IMG/VR virus record: IMGVR_UViG_3300001533_002283 | Location: 108,182-172,181 of that record | DNA from: a virus | Reading direction: 5' to 3' (one strand) | Length of the DNA stretch: 64,000 bases | Part shown: in pieces, positions 27,722-38,552 of the stretch | Position numbering within the stretch: position 1 is the first letter of the stretch | How the letters are laid out: each line of letters starts with the position of its first letter | Notes under the pieces: model-generated | Told to the model about the DNA's origin: nothing | Databases searched by the model: none | Seen by the model: only the letters and a program-made list of their open reading frames with translations | Position numbers and translations under genes: made by a program

Positions 27722-30700
27722 TTAGCGACGAGCACCAGAGGGCGCGGCGGTTGGCATAGTGTTCAATCCGTTATCCTTATTATTCTGATTCTTTAATTCC
27801 AGAACCATTTTTACAGTTTTTTCTACCGTCTCTTTTATTTGGGCTATTTCCTCGGGGGTAACGCGACCATCTTTTACAATAACTTCAAGAGCGGCGTTGA
27901 TTTTATTTTCAACCGCAATTTTGGTTTTATCGCTGGCCCCTTCAAGAGCCTCGGTTAACCCTTTGTTGATAGAAGCACCAAATGCTAATCCACCTTCTTC
28001 AGCGGCAGCTTTAAAATTAATAGCAGCGGTTTTTTCGGCCAAATCTTTTTCCTGATTTTGTCTATTTTTTTGACCCGTGGTAAATCTGCCTGATGTATCG
28101 TTGTTAAATTGAGCGTCAATGGCGGCGCGAGCAGGAACGTCGGCAAGACTATTTTGGACGTTAAAAAGAGATTGGTTTGAAAGGGTGGTTCTACCCGTAA
28201 AAGTAGACTCCATTGTTGGAGCGCCGGGTTTAGGGGCCGAGCCATAAACTTCCTTAATCACATCCTTAACCCCCATGAAGAGATTTAGATTCCGGGTTTC
28301 TTCGTTCAGTCTCTCCTCGGCCTGATTAAACGCTTCGGCGGCAGATTTAACCCGCTCGCCAAACTCGAAAACTTCGGTATTTAATTTTTCGAACAAAGCT
28401 TGAGAGCGTTCGGGGGCGAAAGAGAAAATAAGCTGTTTTAGCTTTTCATCTTGACCCTCTTTGTTTGGCGATAAAAATTGAAGGAAGTTTTGAGACGCCT
28501 CGTTACCTTTGAATCTTTCTGCTATTTCGCTGACACTTCCACCCCTTGATATTTCGCGAGTTAACAAAGAAGTAGAGTCCTGTAGTCTCAACGTCGGATC
28601 TTTTTTAATAAAATCTTGTAGATTTCTCCCGGAGACCGCTTGGGCGGCTTGGTTGAACGCTTCAGAAGAAGTTCCTCTTAATAGACCGCGAGCAGAATCA
28701 CTAGGTGTAACAAAAGCCATTCTATCCCTCAGCTCATTCGCACTTGTTTGTTTTCCAATTAAGGCTTGCTGCTCTTCTTTTAATTTTGTTTCTGCCGCTG
28801 TTTTAGCAACTCCAGCATCAATAACCTTTTGTCTCTCGGCGAAAACAAGTATTAAATCTTCAATAGCCGCGATAGTGTTTTTAGTATTTTCCGCAATATT
28901 TTTTGCCGTAGTTAGCTCCTCTTTTTGTAACGCCAACGGGGTAACAAATTGATCGTTGGCTCTAACCATGGCGGCTTCCCTTGACAATCCAGCAACCTGA
29001 CCGGCAGACCCAACAATGCCCCTTAATCTTCTCGCGGCGTCAGGATTACGAATGCCTAAATTGGATGTTTCTAACACTCTTTGGGCTTCTGAATAATCGG
29101 TCCCCCCCTTGGTTCTATCCAGCGTCAACGCCTCAAATAATCTACGTTGCAAATCTCTACCTCCAACATCACCACCGGGACCAAACGCGCCCCCCGCTTG
29201 AAACTCGCCTTCAAAAAACCCTTTAAGTGACGCTGCCAACACTTGACGGTTTTTTTGCAAAATATCAAATTGATTAGCGTCGGCCACTCTTTCCAGATTC
29301 TCCGGAGTTCTAAATGAATCAACCATTTCGGGTAGAATTTGGCCAAGTTGAATTAACCCTTGTGCCTCCGTAATTCTACCTTGTGTAGAACCAATCCCCG
29401 CCGCCATTCTCTCTTCGGGAAACATAAACGCGCGACTTCTCAAAGTTTTATTCGCCGCATTCACGCCCGCCCCCGCGCGAGCACCTTCAAAAATCGCCGT
29501 GGGATCTAATTCTTGTCCTAAACCACCGCCAAAAATTCTACCTAAGTCTCTACGACGAAGTAATTTTTCCTGAGTTTTAAGCTGCAACTCCTGAATTTCC
29601 GTCTGTTCATTTTGACGAATCGCCATTTCCTGAGCGTTTTTAAGAAAAGAGCCGAGTAAATCTTGAATGGCCTTGCGCGACTCTGCAATATTCTTAAAAC
29701 TATCATCTCCAAGGGCTTCTAATTTTCTTAATTCGTCCACCACATCAATGCTCGCTCTCGGGTCTTTTAACGCATCAAGGAAAGCGGTTTTTAGCGGTCC
29801 TTCTTTTAAGTTATCCGAGCCAAAACTGACCAGCCCGCTTCTCGCGGAACTTCTTAAAGCCCGATCTTCTTCTGATTTGGAAAACTCCAGCTCTCTCCGC
29901 GCCATATTAGCCTGACGCAGAAACACACTGGATTCAGTCGCACCACCCGCCGAAAGAAGTTTAAGTTGTTCCGCCTGTCCCGCTAAACCAATTCTTCCAG
30001 TAGATGAAGATTGCAATTCTAAAATTTGTCTCGTATTATCAATGTCGATAACAAGTTTTTTAAAATCCTCGTTGTATTTTTGAAGCTGGAGAACATATTT
30101 TTGGTCTATTTTAGAGCGTTCCTCCATCTCCTTTGTTATCCCGCGACCCTGAATTGCCGAGTCTAGAACAACAAGAAGCTCGTTTACATCTTTTCCCACT
30201 TTTGAGGCGTCTAAGCCGAATTTTGATAAAGCCTCGGATACCGCCTTTATATCTCCACCGGTTCTTAAATTTTCAAAATTTTTCCTAACTTCCTCAAACA
30301 CCTCGGGTTTAATTTTAGAGGAAATTGCTAAAGAATCACCAATTTTTGCCAAATCTTCTGTTCTTGCGGTTCCACCAAAACCTAAAGTTTTATTAACTCT
30401 CCCCGCGTTCGCCGCAGTAATCGCAACCCCGACACTCTCTTCTGCCAGCTTCAACGCATTTTTATTAGCAAGTTCGGAAACCGCTTTGTTTAGTGCATCA
30501 ACATTGCCCGCCGCATCAAGGAACTTACGACGAGTTTCATTATCACCAATGTTATTAAAAAGTGTGGTTAATTGAGTGTTTAAATTGGTTATATCAGAAG
30601 TTTTGGCGTTACCCGAAGCAATCAAATCTGAAAGTTGGGCCTGAACGGTGGCATATTGTTGAGCGTTGGTAACATTTGATTCCAAGCTAGCCGATAACTG

Positions 30701-33700
30701 TTGGTAAGCATCGGCGGCGGCTCTAAACTCTTTTTCTGATTTTTTTGCAGCGGCACCGAGAGTTCCAACGGCAAGACCCAAAGTTCCCATCACGGCGATA
30801 CCCATTGGACCGGCGAGAGAGCCTAGCGCGGCACCACTTGCGGCACCTTGAACACCACCGGCAACAACTCCGCTACCCAACACACCGGAACCGGCCAAGG
30901 CAGATGCACCAAAACTTGCGGCAATCGCGCCGCCAGTTAATCTACCCGAACGTAATTGACGAGTTTGCTGTTGACGAGTTTCTAGCGCAATTTGCTGTTG
31001 CGGGGTGAGTTTTTGTCCAGCGGGAACACCCAAGGTATTTCTTAATGCTTTTTCGTCGCCCTTGGCAGAACCAAAAAATCCAGCTATCCCACGCTCACGA
31101 GTGGCAAAAGTTCCAGAAAGTGCTTGGTCAAAATTAACAGCGGAACTAGCCTGAATAAACTGACTTCTGAACTCCCCGATTCTTTTACGCAAAAGTTCCC
31201 TCGCAACCGGATCGGCTTTTATTTGATTAGAAGTGAACCCCCTAAATTCATCACTCTGAATAGCCGAACGAAAAGCGGCGGCGTCAATAGCTCCTCTCTG
31301 ACGCTTGTCAAGTTGAGAAAATCTAGTTCCAGAAGAAATTGATTCCTGAGCGCCAGATAATAATTCTGATATATTTCTTCCTTGGGAAGCGCGAGCAATT
31401 TGACCTCTTAAAGAATTCATCTCAATAGAACCGCCACCCCTTAATCCAACTGGAATAGAAGGTGAATAAGGAATGCCTGTGGCATATCTAGCTTGCTCCC
31501 TATTTCTTATAGCAGTCATCCTTGCTTCCGCCTCTTCCGTGGAAAGTTTATTACCGCCGCTTCTAAAAATAGAAGCCAATCTCTTTTCCTCTTCGGCCCT
31601 TTCTGCCATGACTTTACCTAGCTTCGCGCCCGCGTTTTGAATTACTGTATTAACCTTGGCCAATCCAGAATTTGTTAAATTAAGGGTTTTAGTATATTCG
31701 TTAAGTTCCCTTACAGCGTTACTAAAATCTTGCGGCGAAACCGCCATTCTAACTTTAGAAGAAAGAGAGCGTAGTTTTTTAGCCTCATCCGCAAATAAAG
31801 TCTGTTCTCCACTTAAAATAGAAACGTTACCCAAAATATCTTTAACCTTGCCCGTAGGAGTTCTTCTTGAGACATTATCAAATTCGGCAAAATTCGGAAC
31901 AAACCCATTCCCTGTCCCTTTCTTCGGGTCCATACCAAGCGCGATTGCGCGATTTACCCCTTGAAAGCCACCAAGAGGTTCGTCACGACGATTCGCAACG
32001 AGTAGTCCCATTGGATTCCGAGGGGATTTTACACGGGGATCTCTATCAACGTAAATAGACGACGCAGGAACTCCGGCCATTTTTTCTCTATTAACGGCCT
32101 GAGCAATAGGGTCGGCAAAACGCGGAGCCTCCCCCTTAATGTTGAATTTTCCCCCACTAAAACTCATTCCCGCCTCACCAATCTTACTTTGCCCAATACC
32201 AACTCGGCTTAAACCACCACCAGAAGCAAAACCGGGGGAAAGATTAGAGGTAAGAGCCCCAGCCGATGCGCGTAATGCAACTTGTTCTCTTACAATAGCT
32301 AAAATTCTTCTTTCAACCTGCTCTAGACTAGTTGCTCCCTTAATAATATCAGCATAAGATTTACCAGAAAGTTCGAGTAATTTTTGCACTTCCGCCTGAA
32401 CTTGTCTTTGGCGTTCGACCCCCCGAACGTTATCCAGAATTGACTTACCCGCTTGAACGGCGAAAGAGCCAAGGCGAAGGAAAAGAGCTATTAAACCAGC
32501 GGAGGCAAGGGCCAATCCGGGGCCGCTTAGTGCGCCGCCAATGCCCTTGAGTAATCCTTCTCCAATGCTAGTTCCTGCCTTTTCTCCCTCTTGCGATGAA
32601 AAAATCTTTAGGAAAAAATTAGCCCAAGTCTCCAACTCTTTGATAACGGGTCCAAATATATTAGAGCCAAGTTCCGCACTTAACTGAGTAATACCAACTT
32701 TAATAGCATTGAGAGAAGCTGCCGTGGTTTTATTTAATTCTTCGTTACGGCGAATAGCTTCGTCAGTAGCGTCGTTAGCAACCACAAGAGCGCGAGCATA
32801 AAACCCATATTCTTTGCTCAAATCATTTAATTGCGCTTTTAACTGATTGATTTGGAAAACACCACCGACCAACTCGGAAACGAAAGCCTTTTGTTCTTGA
32901 CCTAATCCGTCATAGACTAGTGAAAGATTTTTAAGAATTTGAGGAGCACCAAGTAACTCTCCATTAACTTGACGAACCGCCACGCCAATCTTTTCCAACT
33001 GTTCCAAAGTAGAACTACGTTGAAGGCGGGTGAAAATAGTTTTAAGAGAATTACCAATAACCGCGCCGCCACGAGCCGTAGTCTGTTGAGCGGCAGTTAC
33101 TAACGCAACCAGTTCATCAAAACTCACACCCGCGTCACTCGCCGCACTAGCAGAACGCTTAATAGCTTCGGTAAGGTCTCGTTCTGAAACCGCGAACTTG
33201 GCGGCAACATTCGCGAGTTTATTAACCACCACTACGTCATCGAGAGCTTCTTTGCTAAATGAGTTGATTGCTGCGGTAAGACCCTCAACCGCATCCTTGG
33301 CCTCCAACCCGCCTAAACGAGCAAGAATCAGCGCGGCATTTAATCTTTTTGTGGTAGCTTCGGCACTAAGACCTTGGCGGGATAACTCTAGTGCGGCCTC
33401 GGCGGCAACTTGAAACCCCGTTCCGGCATTCTTCGCGGCTTGAAAAATTTCATCGGTGAACTTAGCGAGATTCTTATTGGTCTGATTGAGAACACTGTTA
33501 ATATCCGCGATAACTTTCTCCACCTCAATAGCATCGGTGATTACAGCGCGTAAACCTCTCTGAACGGCGAAAATAGCCCCGGCAGAAGCACCGAATGCCA
33601 AAACACGGGCGTTGGATGCCTCCATTGATTTGTTAAACTCATTGGCCTGCCCCGTGATTCTACCAAGGGGACCACTCAGGCGATTCAACCCACTGGCATC

Positions 33701-33802
33701 AATTTTGGGCCTAAGGTTCAGCGCACGTTCAGCCGAGCGAGCACCACGAATGATACTTTGCTCAATTCCTGTAACTTTGCCTGTTAAAATAATTGATTCC
33801 AT
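27722..33802 (-). CDS. Tail tape measure protein
   Basis: 2026 aa helical; TP901-type core (G..IGNSLKTIF.RL), glycine-zipper hydrophobic segments. Confidence 0.9.
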   Translation of the reverse strand: MESIILTGKVTGIEQSIIRGARSAERALNLRPKIDASGLNRLSGPLGRITGQANEFNKSMEASNARVLAFGASAGAIFAVQRGLRAVITDAIEVEKVIADINSVLNQTNKNLAKFTDEIFQAAKNAGTGFQVAAEAALELSRQGLSAEATTKRLNAALILARLGGLEAKDAVEGLTAAINSFSKEALDDVVVVNKLANVAAKFAVSERDLTEAIKRSASAASDAGVSFDELVALVTAAQQTTARGGAVIGNSLKTIFTRLQRSSTLEQLEKIGVAVRQVNGELLGAPQILKNLSLVYDGLGQEQKAFVSELVGGVFQINQLKAQLNDLSKEYGFYARALVVANDATDEAIRRNEELNKTTAASLNAIKVGITQLSAELGSNIFGPVIKELETWANFFLKIFSSQEGEKAGTSIGEGLLKGIGGALSGPGLALASAGLIALFLRLGSFAVQAGKSILDNVRGVERQRQVQAEVQKLLELSGKSYADIIKGATSLEQVERRILAIVREQVALRASAGALTSNLSPGFASGGGLSRVGIGQSKIGEAGMSFSGGKFNIKGEAPRFADPIAQAVNREKMAGVPASSIYVDRDPRVKSPRNPMGLLVANRRDEPLGGFQGVNRAIALGMDPKKGTGNGFVPNFAEFDNVSRRTPTGKVKDILGNVSILSGEQTLFADEAKKLRSLSSKVRMAVSPQDFSNAVRELNEYTKTLNLTNSGLAKVNTVIQNAGAKLGKVMAERAEEEKRLASIFRSGGNKLSTEEAEARMTAIRNREQARYATGIPYSPSIPVGLRGGGSIEMNSLRGQIARASQGRNISELLSGAQESISSGTRFSQLDKRQRGAIDAAAFRSAIQSDEFRGFTSNQIKADPVARELLRKRIGEFRSQFIQASSAVNFDQALSGTFATRERGIAGFFGSAKGDEKALRNTLGVPAGQKLTPQQQIALETRQQQTRQLRSGRLTGGAIAASFGASALAGSGVLGSGVVAGGVQGAASGAALGSLAGPMGIAVMGTLGLAVGTLGAAAKKSEKEFRAAADAYQQLSASLESNVTNAQQYATVQAQLSDLIASGNAKTSDITNLNTQLTTLFNNIGDNETRRKFLDAAGNVDALNKAVSELANKNALKLAEESVGVAITAANAGRVNKTLGFGGTARTEDLAKIGDSLAISSKIKPEVFEEVRKNFENLRTGGDIKAVSEALSKFGLDASKVGKDVNELLVVLDSAIQGRGITKEMEERSKIDQKYVLQLQKYNEDFKKLVIDIDNTRQILELQSSSTGRIGLAGQAEQLKLLSAGGATESSVFLRQANMARRELEFSKSEEDRALRSSARSGLVSFGSDNLKEGPLKTAFLDALKDPRASIDVVDELRKLEALGDDSFKNIAESRKAIQDLLGSFLKNAQEMAIRQNEQTEIQELQLKTQEKLLRRRDLGRIFGGGLGQELDPTAIFEGARAGAGVNAANKTLRSRAFMFPEERMAAGIGSTQGRITEAQGLIQLGQILPEMVDSFRTPENLERVADANQFDILQKNRQVLAASLKGFFEGEFQAGGAFGPGGDVGGRDLQRRLFEALTLDRTKGGTDYSEAQRVLETSNLGIRNPDAARRLRGIVGSAGQVAGLSREAAMVRANDQFVTPLALQKEELTTAKNIAENTKNTIAAIEDLILVFAERQKVIDAGVAKTAAETKLKEEQQALIGKQTSANELRDRMAFVTPSDSARGLLRGTSSEAFNQAAQAVSGRNLQDFIKKDPTLRLQDSTSLLTREISRGGSVSEIAERFKGNEASQNFLQFLSPNKEGQDEKLKQLIFSFAPERSQALFEKLNTEVFEFGERVKSAAEAFNQAEERLNEETRNLNLFMGVKDVIKEVYGSAPKPGAPTMESTFTGRTTLSNQSLFNVQNSLADVPARAAIDAQFNNDTSGRFTTGQKNRQNQEKDLAEKTAAINFKAAAEEGGLAFGASINKGLTEALEGASDKTKIAVENKINAALEVIVKDGRVTPEEIAQIKETVEKTVKMVLELKNQNNKDNGLNTMPTAAPSGARR

Positions 33803-33828
33803 AGTGATGCCTTATACCTTAATTATAT

Positions 33829-33854
33829 TACAGGGTTTTAGAGTAGAAAAGAAA
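33829..33854 (-). promoter_or_regulatory. Putative late promoter TTTC-N17-CTGTA
   Basis: Upstream of tape measure. Confidence 0.75.
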
Positions 33855-33872
33855 TAGGGTGAGAATATAATA

Positions 33873-34898
33873 TTAAGGCTGGTCCCACTTTTTTATCCCA
33901 CCCGTTTGTCTCAGTTCGGCCATCTCTCTCCCCGTCAAACTACCCTTGCCAGTCTCCTTCAATTTCTTTCTCGCCCAAACGGCCTGAGAATTATCCACTT
34001 TCATCCCCATTTTTTCATAATCTTCATTGGTAGCCCCCACCTGACTAACCGCGCCAAGCTCTCCCTGAGTGTTGGTAAGATTCTTTTGGGCCTCATTATT
34101 AAGATTCATAAACGAGATAAGTTTTTCAGGGTCGGATAAGATTTCGGCGGGAATCCTATTCTCACTATTATTTATCATATTTTTGAATGTTTTACCCCAG
34201 TAAGATAAATCCGATTGGAAAATAGTGAGGTCTAAGATTCTTTTTCCCCAAAATTCCTGTATGGAATCAGTGAGGTAAAAAAGATTTTGAAAGAATGGTT
34301 GAAGTGCTATCTTTTTAATCGCCAACCCATCAATATTACCCACGCTCGTATTAAAACAGTGAGTTAGTTGATTTAATTGATATTCTTCCAACTCGTCAAA
34401 ATCACTCTCGTCAAATAACATCTCGTTCAAATCACCTTTTCTCATCGAGTAGAAAATAAAATACTCGTTAAGTCGCTTATTAGCATAGATTTCCGCAGTT
34501 TTACCAACAAACCCGTATTTTTCCTCTTGTAAATCATTCAGCTTTTTTTGCTCATCTTTTATCTGATCCTCCAGTGCTTTTCTTTGGGACGGAACGGCAA
34601 TTTTATTCAGGGTGGCGTTCAAACGAGTGATAAAATCCTTTGAGTAAAAAATTTTATCCTCATCTGTTTTGGTCCAGAACCCTTGTTTGTCCAATACTCT
34701 TAATCTATCCTCTTCTTTTGGAATGCCCCGCTTGACCGCGTAATCATGATACTCTTGCCGGAATGTATCAATTTTCGCCTGATCCTCCAAATTAAGATGC
34801 TTTATCTTTATCTCTTTCTCATCAAATTTCCCCACGGAATATCCTTTGGAAATGTCGATAAACATCCCGCGAAGAAGACTGGCCTGAACCTGTGACAT
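33873..34898 (-). CDS. Putative tail assembly chaperone
   Basis: Helical protein between tube and tape measure. Confidence 0.5.
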   Translation of the reverse strand: MSQVQASLLRGMFIDISKGYSVGKFDEKEIKIKHLNLEDQAKIDTFRQEYHDYAVKRGIPKEEDRLRVLDKQGFWTKTDEDKIFYSKDFITRLNATLNKIAVPSQRKALEDQIKDEQKKLNDLQEEKYGFVGKTAEIYANKRLNEYFIFYSMRKGDLNEMLFDESDFDELEEYQLNQLTHCFNTSVGNIDGLAIKKIALQPFFQNLFYLTDSIQEFWGKRILDLTIFQSDLSYWGKTFKNMINNSENRIPAEILSDPEKLISFMNLNNEAQKNLTNTQGELGAVSQVGATNEDYEKMGMKVDNSQAVWARKKLKETGKGSLTGREMAELRQTGGIKKWDQP

Positions 34899-34900
34899 TA

Positions 34901-35635
34901 TTAGGTCAACTCTTCCTCTAGCGGCTTAAAGTCTTCCTTGGTTTTTGCGCCGGAGGTAAACCAATAGGCAATATAGGCACTAAGTTTATCTTTCGCGGCT
35001 AATACCACGGGGTCTTCGGCGTCAACCTTAGTTTCGTAATCATCAAGGCGAGCCTCAAAATCCGCGCCGGAGAAAAGTTCAGTAATTTTACCATCCTCCT
35101 CTTTGTAAGACAGAAACACGGTGAACCAATTTAGCAAGCGATAGAAAGCCTTGTTGTCGGCAGTGTGATTAAAAATTTCACTACGCTGGGTTTCAAAATC
35201 AATGATTTGGCGCTTGACAATAGTGATGGTAGTAAGGGCTTTCTCTCCCGCTTTTTTATCTTCCTCGCTTGCAGACTCTCCACGAGATAAATAACGTTGA
35301 GCCTCTAACGTAGCAGCGGTTAACTGCCCTTGTAAATCCATATAAAGGTCAATCTCGGGCTTGCTCAAATCGCCGCCTTTATCATTATACTTTTTCGCAA
35401 CCTGTTGTTTGGTAAGAAGTCCCGCGTCCTGCATCTTGAAGAAAAACCGGGAGTATTCCAAGTCCGCTTCTTCGCGCTGGCGGCGAGTAGGTTTCTTAAC
35501 GAGAATCTTCACGGTTTTGTCCTCAACCGTTTTGGTCTTGGTCAAGGTCTTAACGTCACCGTCAACAACCTCCGTTTCTTTCTCTACCTCAACGGGATAG
35601 GAAACATTAAAATCAAAGATATATTTGTCGCTCAT
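34901..35635 (-). CDS. Putative tail assembly chaperone
   Basis: Synteny; VKKPTRR pattern. Confidence 0.5.
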   Translation of the reverse strand: MSDKYIFDFNVSYPVEVEKETEVVDGDVKTLTKTKTVEDKTVKILVKKPTRRQREEADLEYSRFFFKMQDAGLLTKQQVAKKYNDKGGDLSKPEIDLYMDLQGQLTAATLEAQRYLSRGESASEEDKKAGEKALTTITIVKRQIIDFETQRSEIFNHTADNKAFYRLLNWFTVFLSYKEEDGKITELFSGADFEARLDDYETKVDAEDPVVLAAKDKLSAYIAYWFTSGAKTKEDFKPLEEELT

Positions 35636-35655
35636 AGTGTTATGTTATAAAATTG

Positions 35656-35946
35656 TTACTTATTATTCTTGAAATTTATATCAAATTTGGCAATCTCTGT
35701 TTGAATTGCCCGCGCGCATTCGTTGCCCGCATCAAGAGTTTTCTTTCTAAGGTATTCAAACGCCCTCTCATCTAAATAATTGGCTTGAACGATCTGATTT
35801 TTCTTATCGTCGGGCAAGGATTCAAAAAGTTTGGTAAAACTAATATCGTGTTGTTCCTTCAAGTCTTCTAAGAGACCGAGAAAGTGCTTAAACATTATTC
35901 TCACCTCTTTTTGAGTGTGGAAATCTAGATATTCTTTTGTGTCCAT
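35656..35946 (-). CDS. Hypothetical protein (MDTKEYL...)
   Basis: Start reassigned downstream of the promoter motif at 35995-36020. Confidence 0.65.
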   Translation of the reverse strand: MDTKEYLDFHTQKEVRIMFKHFLGLLEDLKEQHDISFTKLFESLPDDKKNQIVQANYLDERAFEYLRKKTLDAGNECARAIQTEIAKFDINFKNNK

Positions 35947-35994
35947 GAGAGTGCCTTTTACCAATTCGCTAACATCCTTCTGCCTGTTCTCCGT

Positions 35995-36020
35995 TACAGA
36001 AGAAACCCGAAAAAGAGAAA
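35995..36020 (-). promoter_or_regulatory. Putative late promoter TTTC-N17-CTGTA overlapping tail-tube terminator
   Basis: Fixed-spacing motif. Confidence 0.7.
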
Positions 36021-36056
36021 TCCCAACTGGAACTAAATCCAATTGGGACTTTCTCT
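36010..36056 (-). terminator. Intrinsic terminator after tail tube gene
   Basis: AGAGAAAGTCCCAATTGGA...TCCAGTTGGGATTTCTCT stem plus TTTT on minus strand. Confidence 0.75.
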
Positions 36057-36075
36057 AACTCTTAATTTTTAACTA

Positions 36076-37191
36076 TTAACCCTGACGCGAACCAGAGATA
36101 AAGAAGTTGCGCTGTTGATCGCCGGGGCCACCAACAGAGGAGGTGAAGGTCATATCGACAGTTTGAGCGGGGCCGATTGACGCACCGAAGTTTTGCGAAT
36201 CAAGTTGCGCGCCCTTGAGAGAGTAAACAAGAAGATTGCTACCAGCGGAACCATCGCAAGTCTGAGTTTTGCAATAAACGTCGATGTTATAGCGACGGTC
36301 GTTACAGAACAGAGTGTTAACACTACCAGAGTTAATCTCGTTTACAAAGGCGTTGATACCGAGGGAAACGTCAACGGGGAAAGTGATTTCGCGGGCATAA
36401 GCAAAACGATTACCGAGACGATTAAGGGCTTCGCGACCAATAGGAACATTGATATTAAAACTCTGAATGTGTGCGCCACCAACGCCAGTGAGTTTTGCAC
36501 CGATATTATCAACGGCGGTAAAATCAACGGTGATGTCACCCTGTTTGATTACGATGGGCTGATTAGCTGTGCCAGAAGTAGCGGTAGGAATAACATAATT
36601 CCGGCCGGTAATAGCGGTGCCATTAGTGGGATTAATAGCGGGAATGTTGTTACCAGAACCACCAATATCATACTTGGCGTTAATACCTTCAACGGTGACG
36701 TTAGAAGTAAGGAAACCGCCAACAGAACCTTCAACAGAGTAGGATGAGATGAAGCCGTTGCCAACCGCGCGAACGTCAACGACGCCGCCGAAAGGAGTTC
36801 CGACCGCATCTTCGCCCTCCGCAACCGTGGTCACGAAATAATTACGTTCGTCCGAAATATCGCGAAGGATGTTAGTGAGAGCACCGGAGGTGTTAGAACC
36901 GCTAGTAACAAAACCAAGTTTCTTTTCGTCCAGACCGTCCGTGGGGTAGTAAGAGAAGGAAAGATTAACGGTGGGGGAGTCGGTAATCTCACGAGAGATA
37001 GGGGCTAGTTGACCGAACTGGGAAACATTTTGACGGGGTAGTTCAAAACCGTCGTTGATAGACTGAACACGGGAAATACCCATGAGAAGATTCGCGCCAG
37101 AATTACCGGACGAAAGATGTTGGCCAGTGGCGTTAAAACCAGAGGGGCCGACATAGAGGAACTGCGAGCTATAAATGCGCCGATTGAACAT
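36076..37191 (-). CDS. Major tail tube protein
   Basis: RVQS...R.....QFG, R..L..LG......REI.FP two-repeat tube pattern; biased codon use; own promoter and terminator. Confidence 0.75.
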   Translation of the reverse strand: MFNRRIYSSQFLYVGPSGFNATGQHLSSGNSGANLLMGISRVQSINDGFELPRQNVSQFGQLAPISREITDSPTVNLSFSYYPTDGLDEKKLGFVTSGSNTSGALTNILRDISDERNYFVTTVAEGEDAVGTPFGGVVDVRAVGNGFISSYSVEGSVGGFLTSNVTVEGINAKYDIGGSGNNIPAINPTNGTAITGRNYVIPTATSGTANQPIVIKQGDITVDFTAVDNIGAKLTGVGGAHIQSFNINVPIGREALNRLGNRFAYAREITFPVDVSLGINAFVNEINSGSVNTLFCNDRRYNIDVYCKTQTCDGSAGSNLLVYSLKGAQLDSQNFGASIGPAQTVDMTFTSSVGGPGDQQRNFFISGSRQG

Positions 37192-37237
37192 GTGTATTTA
37201 GAAGTTAAGAGTTAAGGGACTATTATCTTTGGAGGAA

Positions 37238-37263
37238 TACAGTTTTTGTGCTTAAAAGTGAAA
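37238..37263 (-). promoter_or_regulatory. Putative late promoter TTTC-N17-CTGTA
   Basis: Upstream of tail tube. Confidence 0.75.
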
Positions 37264-37286
37264 ATAATTTAAAGAGCCTCCTCAAC

Positions 37287-38549
37287 TTAATTTACCTCAT
37301 AGTTAAATCCACTGCCCGCGATAAGATTAACCGAAGCAAAATTACCCGAGATGGTGTAAGTGGGTTGATAGTCAAAGGTGACGCCATTGCCACTAAATGT
37401 TATCGGAGTTGTTTCGCTCGCTCCCACGTAATCCTTGATCATATAACCCCAACCTTGGCGGAAATTATCTTGATCGAATATCAACACTTTTCCATTGCCG
37501 CTACCAAGAGTCGCATAATAAGCTATTTCATCCGGCGTATATAAACCACCTTGATTTGACTCAAATAATTGCTCTCCCAAAGAATTAACATTAACCGCCA
37601 AATAATAATCGTCGGCTTGAACAGTGTAAACGTCCGCGTTGATATACTTGATGTAATAATTGGGAGCGGGGGGAACAGGAGCCGGAATTGTCGTCGGTTT
37701 AATTCTAGGGAACCTTACCGTATTAACATCAAATTCTAAATAAGACACGTAATAATTATCGTTTTTATTCGCATCCTCCGAGGTTTTCGCTGTATAAACC
37801 CTGTCAATCCAAGGCATAGTCCCCGGAAAACCATAGCGGGAGATGATTCCATTGTAGTTATAATAACCGCTTTTTAAATCATTAAAGAAGTCCAAGGGAA
37901 CTTCGGTAGAAGGCGCGATTGGGAAAGGTAAGTGATTGGTATCGCGAAAAATAGACTGGAGACCATCTTGTTGCCATAAATCCTTAGAAATTGTAATCGC
38001 GCGAATTGTCGTCTCCGTCATATCTTCCCCGCCGAACGCGAAACCTTTATTTTGGCTATTGGGTAGGTCCAGAATAACACACGGGGCTTTATAAAGTCTC
38101 GGGGCGATTCCCGTTGCGGGGTAACTCACGTTAGGATTACTACCTTTTGCGCTCTCAAATATAAATTGAGAAGAGTCACGGTTAGTAATATAAGTGTTAA
38201 ACTCTTTTGTGGCGAAACTTCCGCTAAAACCCGCTGGATGATTTACGCCAGAGTCAAAAAAGATTCGGCCATTTTGATAATCAATTTTTAATCCGCTAGT
38301 TCCGCGAGGTATGAAAGTGTTGCTACCCACGGGATAAACCCCGCTGATGATATTGGCGTTTGGAATCGCGCTATCGTAAACAAATTGTTTGTAGGGACTT
38401 GTATAAACCGAGTAACCCGGCAAAGATTCGTCGTTTTGCGGGTAGAATACGCCGGTTTGATTTTCAAACGCCTCCCCATTAGCCAAAAGCTGATTCTCAA
38501 ACCAGAGAGTGAATGACGTGAAGAGTTTATGATTAAATGTTTCTTTCAT
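37287..38549 (-). CDS. Putative tail terminator/neck protein with extra C-terminal domain
   Basis: Synteny; Pro-rich linker then domain shared with 8142..8588. Confidence 0.55.
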   Translation of the reverse strand: MKETFNHKLFTSFTLWFENQLLANGEAFENQTGVFYPQNDESLPGYSVYTSPYKQFVYDSAIPNANIISGVYPVGSNTFIPRGTSGLKIDYQNGRIFFDSGVNHPAGFSGSFATKEFNTYITNRDSSQFIFESAKGSNPNVSYPATGIAPRLYKAPCVILDLPNSQNKGFAFGGEDMTETTIRAITISKDLWQQDGLQSIFRDTNHLPFPIAPSTEVPLDFFNDLKSGYYNYNGIISRYGFPGTMPWIDRVYTAKTSEDANKNDNYYVSYLEFDVNTVRFPRIKPTTIPAPVPPAPNYYIKYINADVYTVQADDYYLAVNVNSLGEQLFESNQGGLYTPDEIAYYATLGSGNGKVLIFDQDNFRQGWGYMIKDYVGASETTPITFSGNGVTFDYQPTYTISGNFASVNLIAGSGFNYEVN

Positions 38550-38552
38550 AGG

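Noticed and set aside
33873-35635. Programmed frameshift between tail chaperones
   Set aside because: Both ORFs have their own start and stop and I saw no slippery site at the junction
8300-37660. Duplicated domain as a diversity-generating retroelement TR/VR pair
   Set aside because: Differences are not adenine-specific, both copies are coding, and no reverse transcriptase is present
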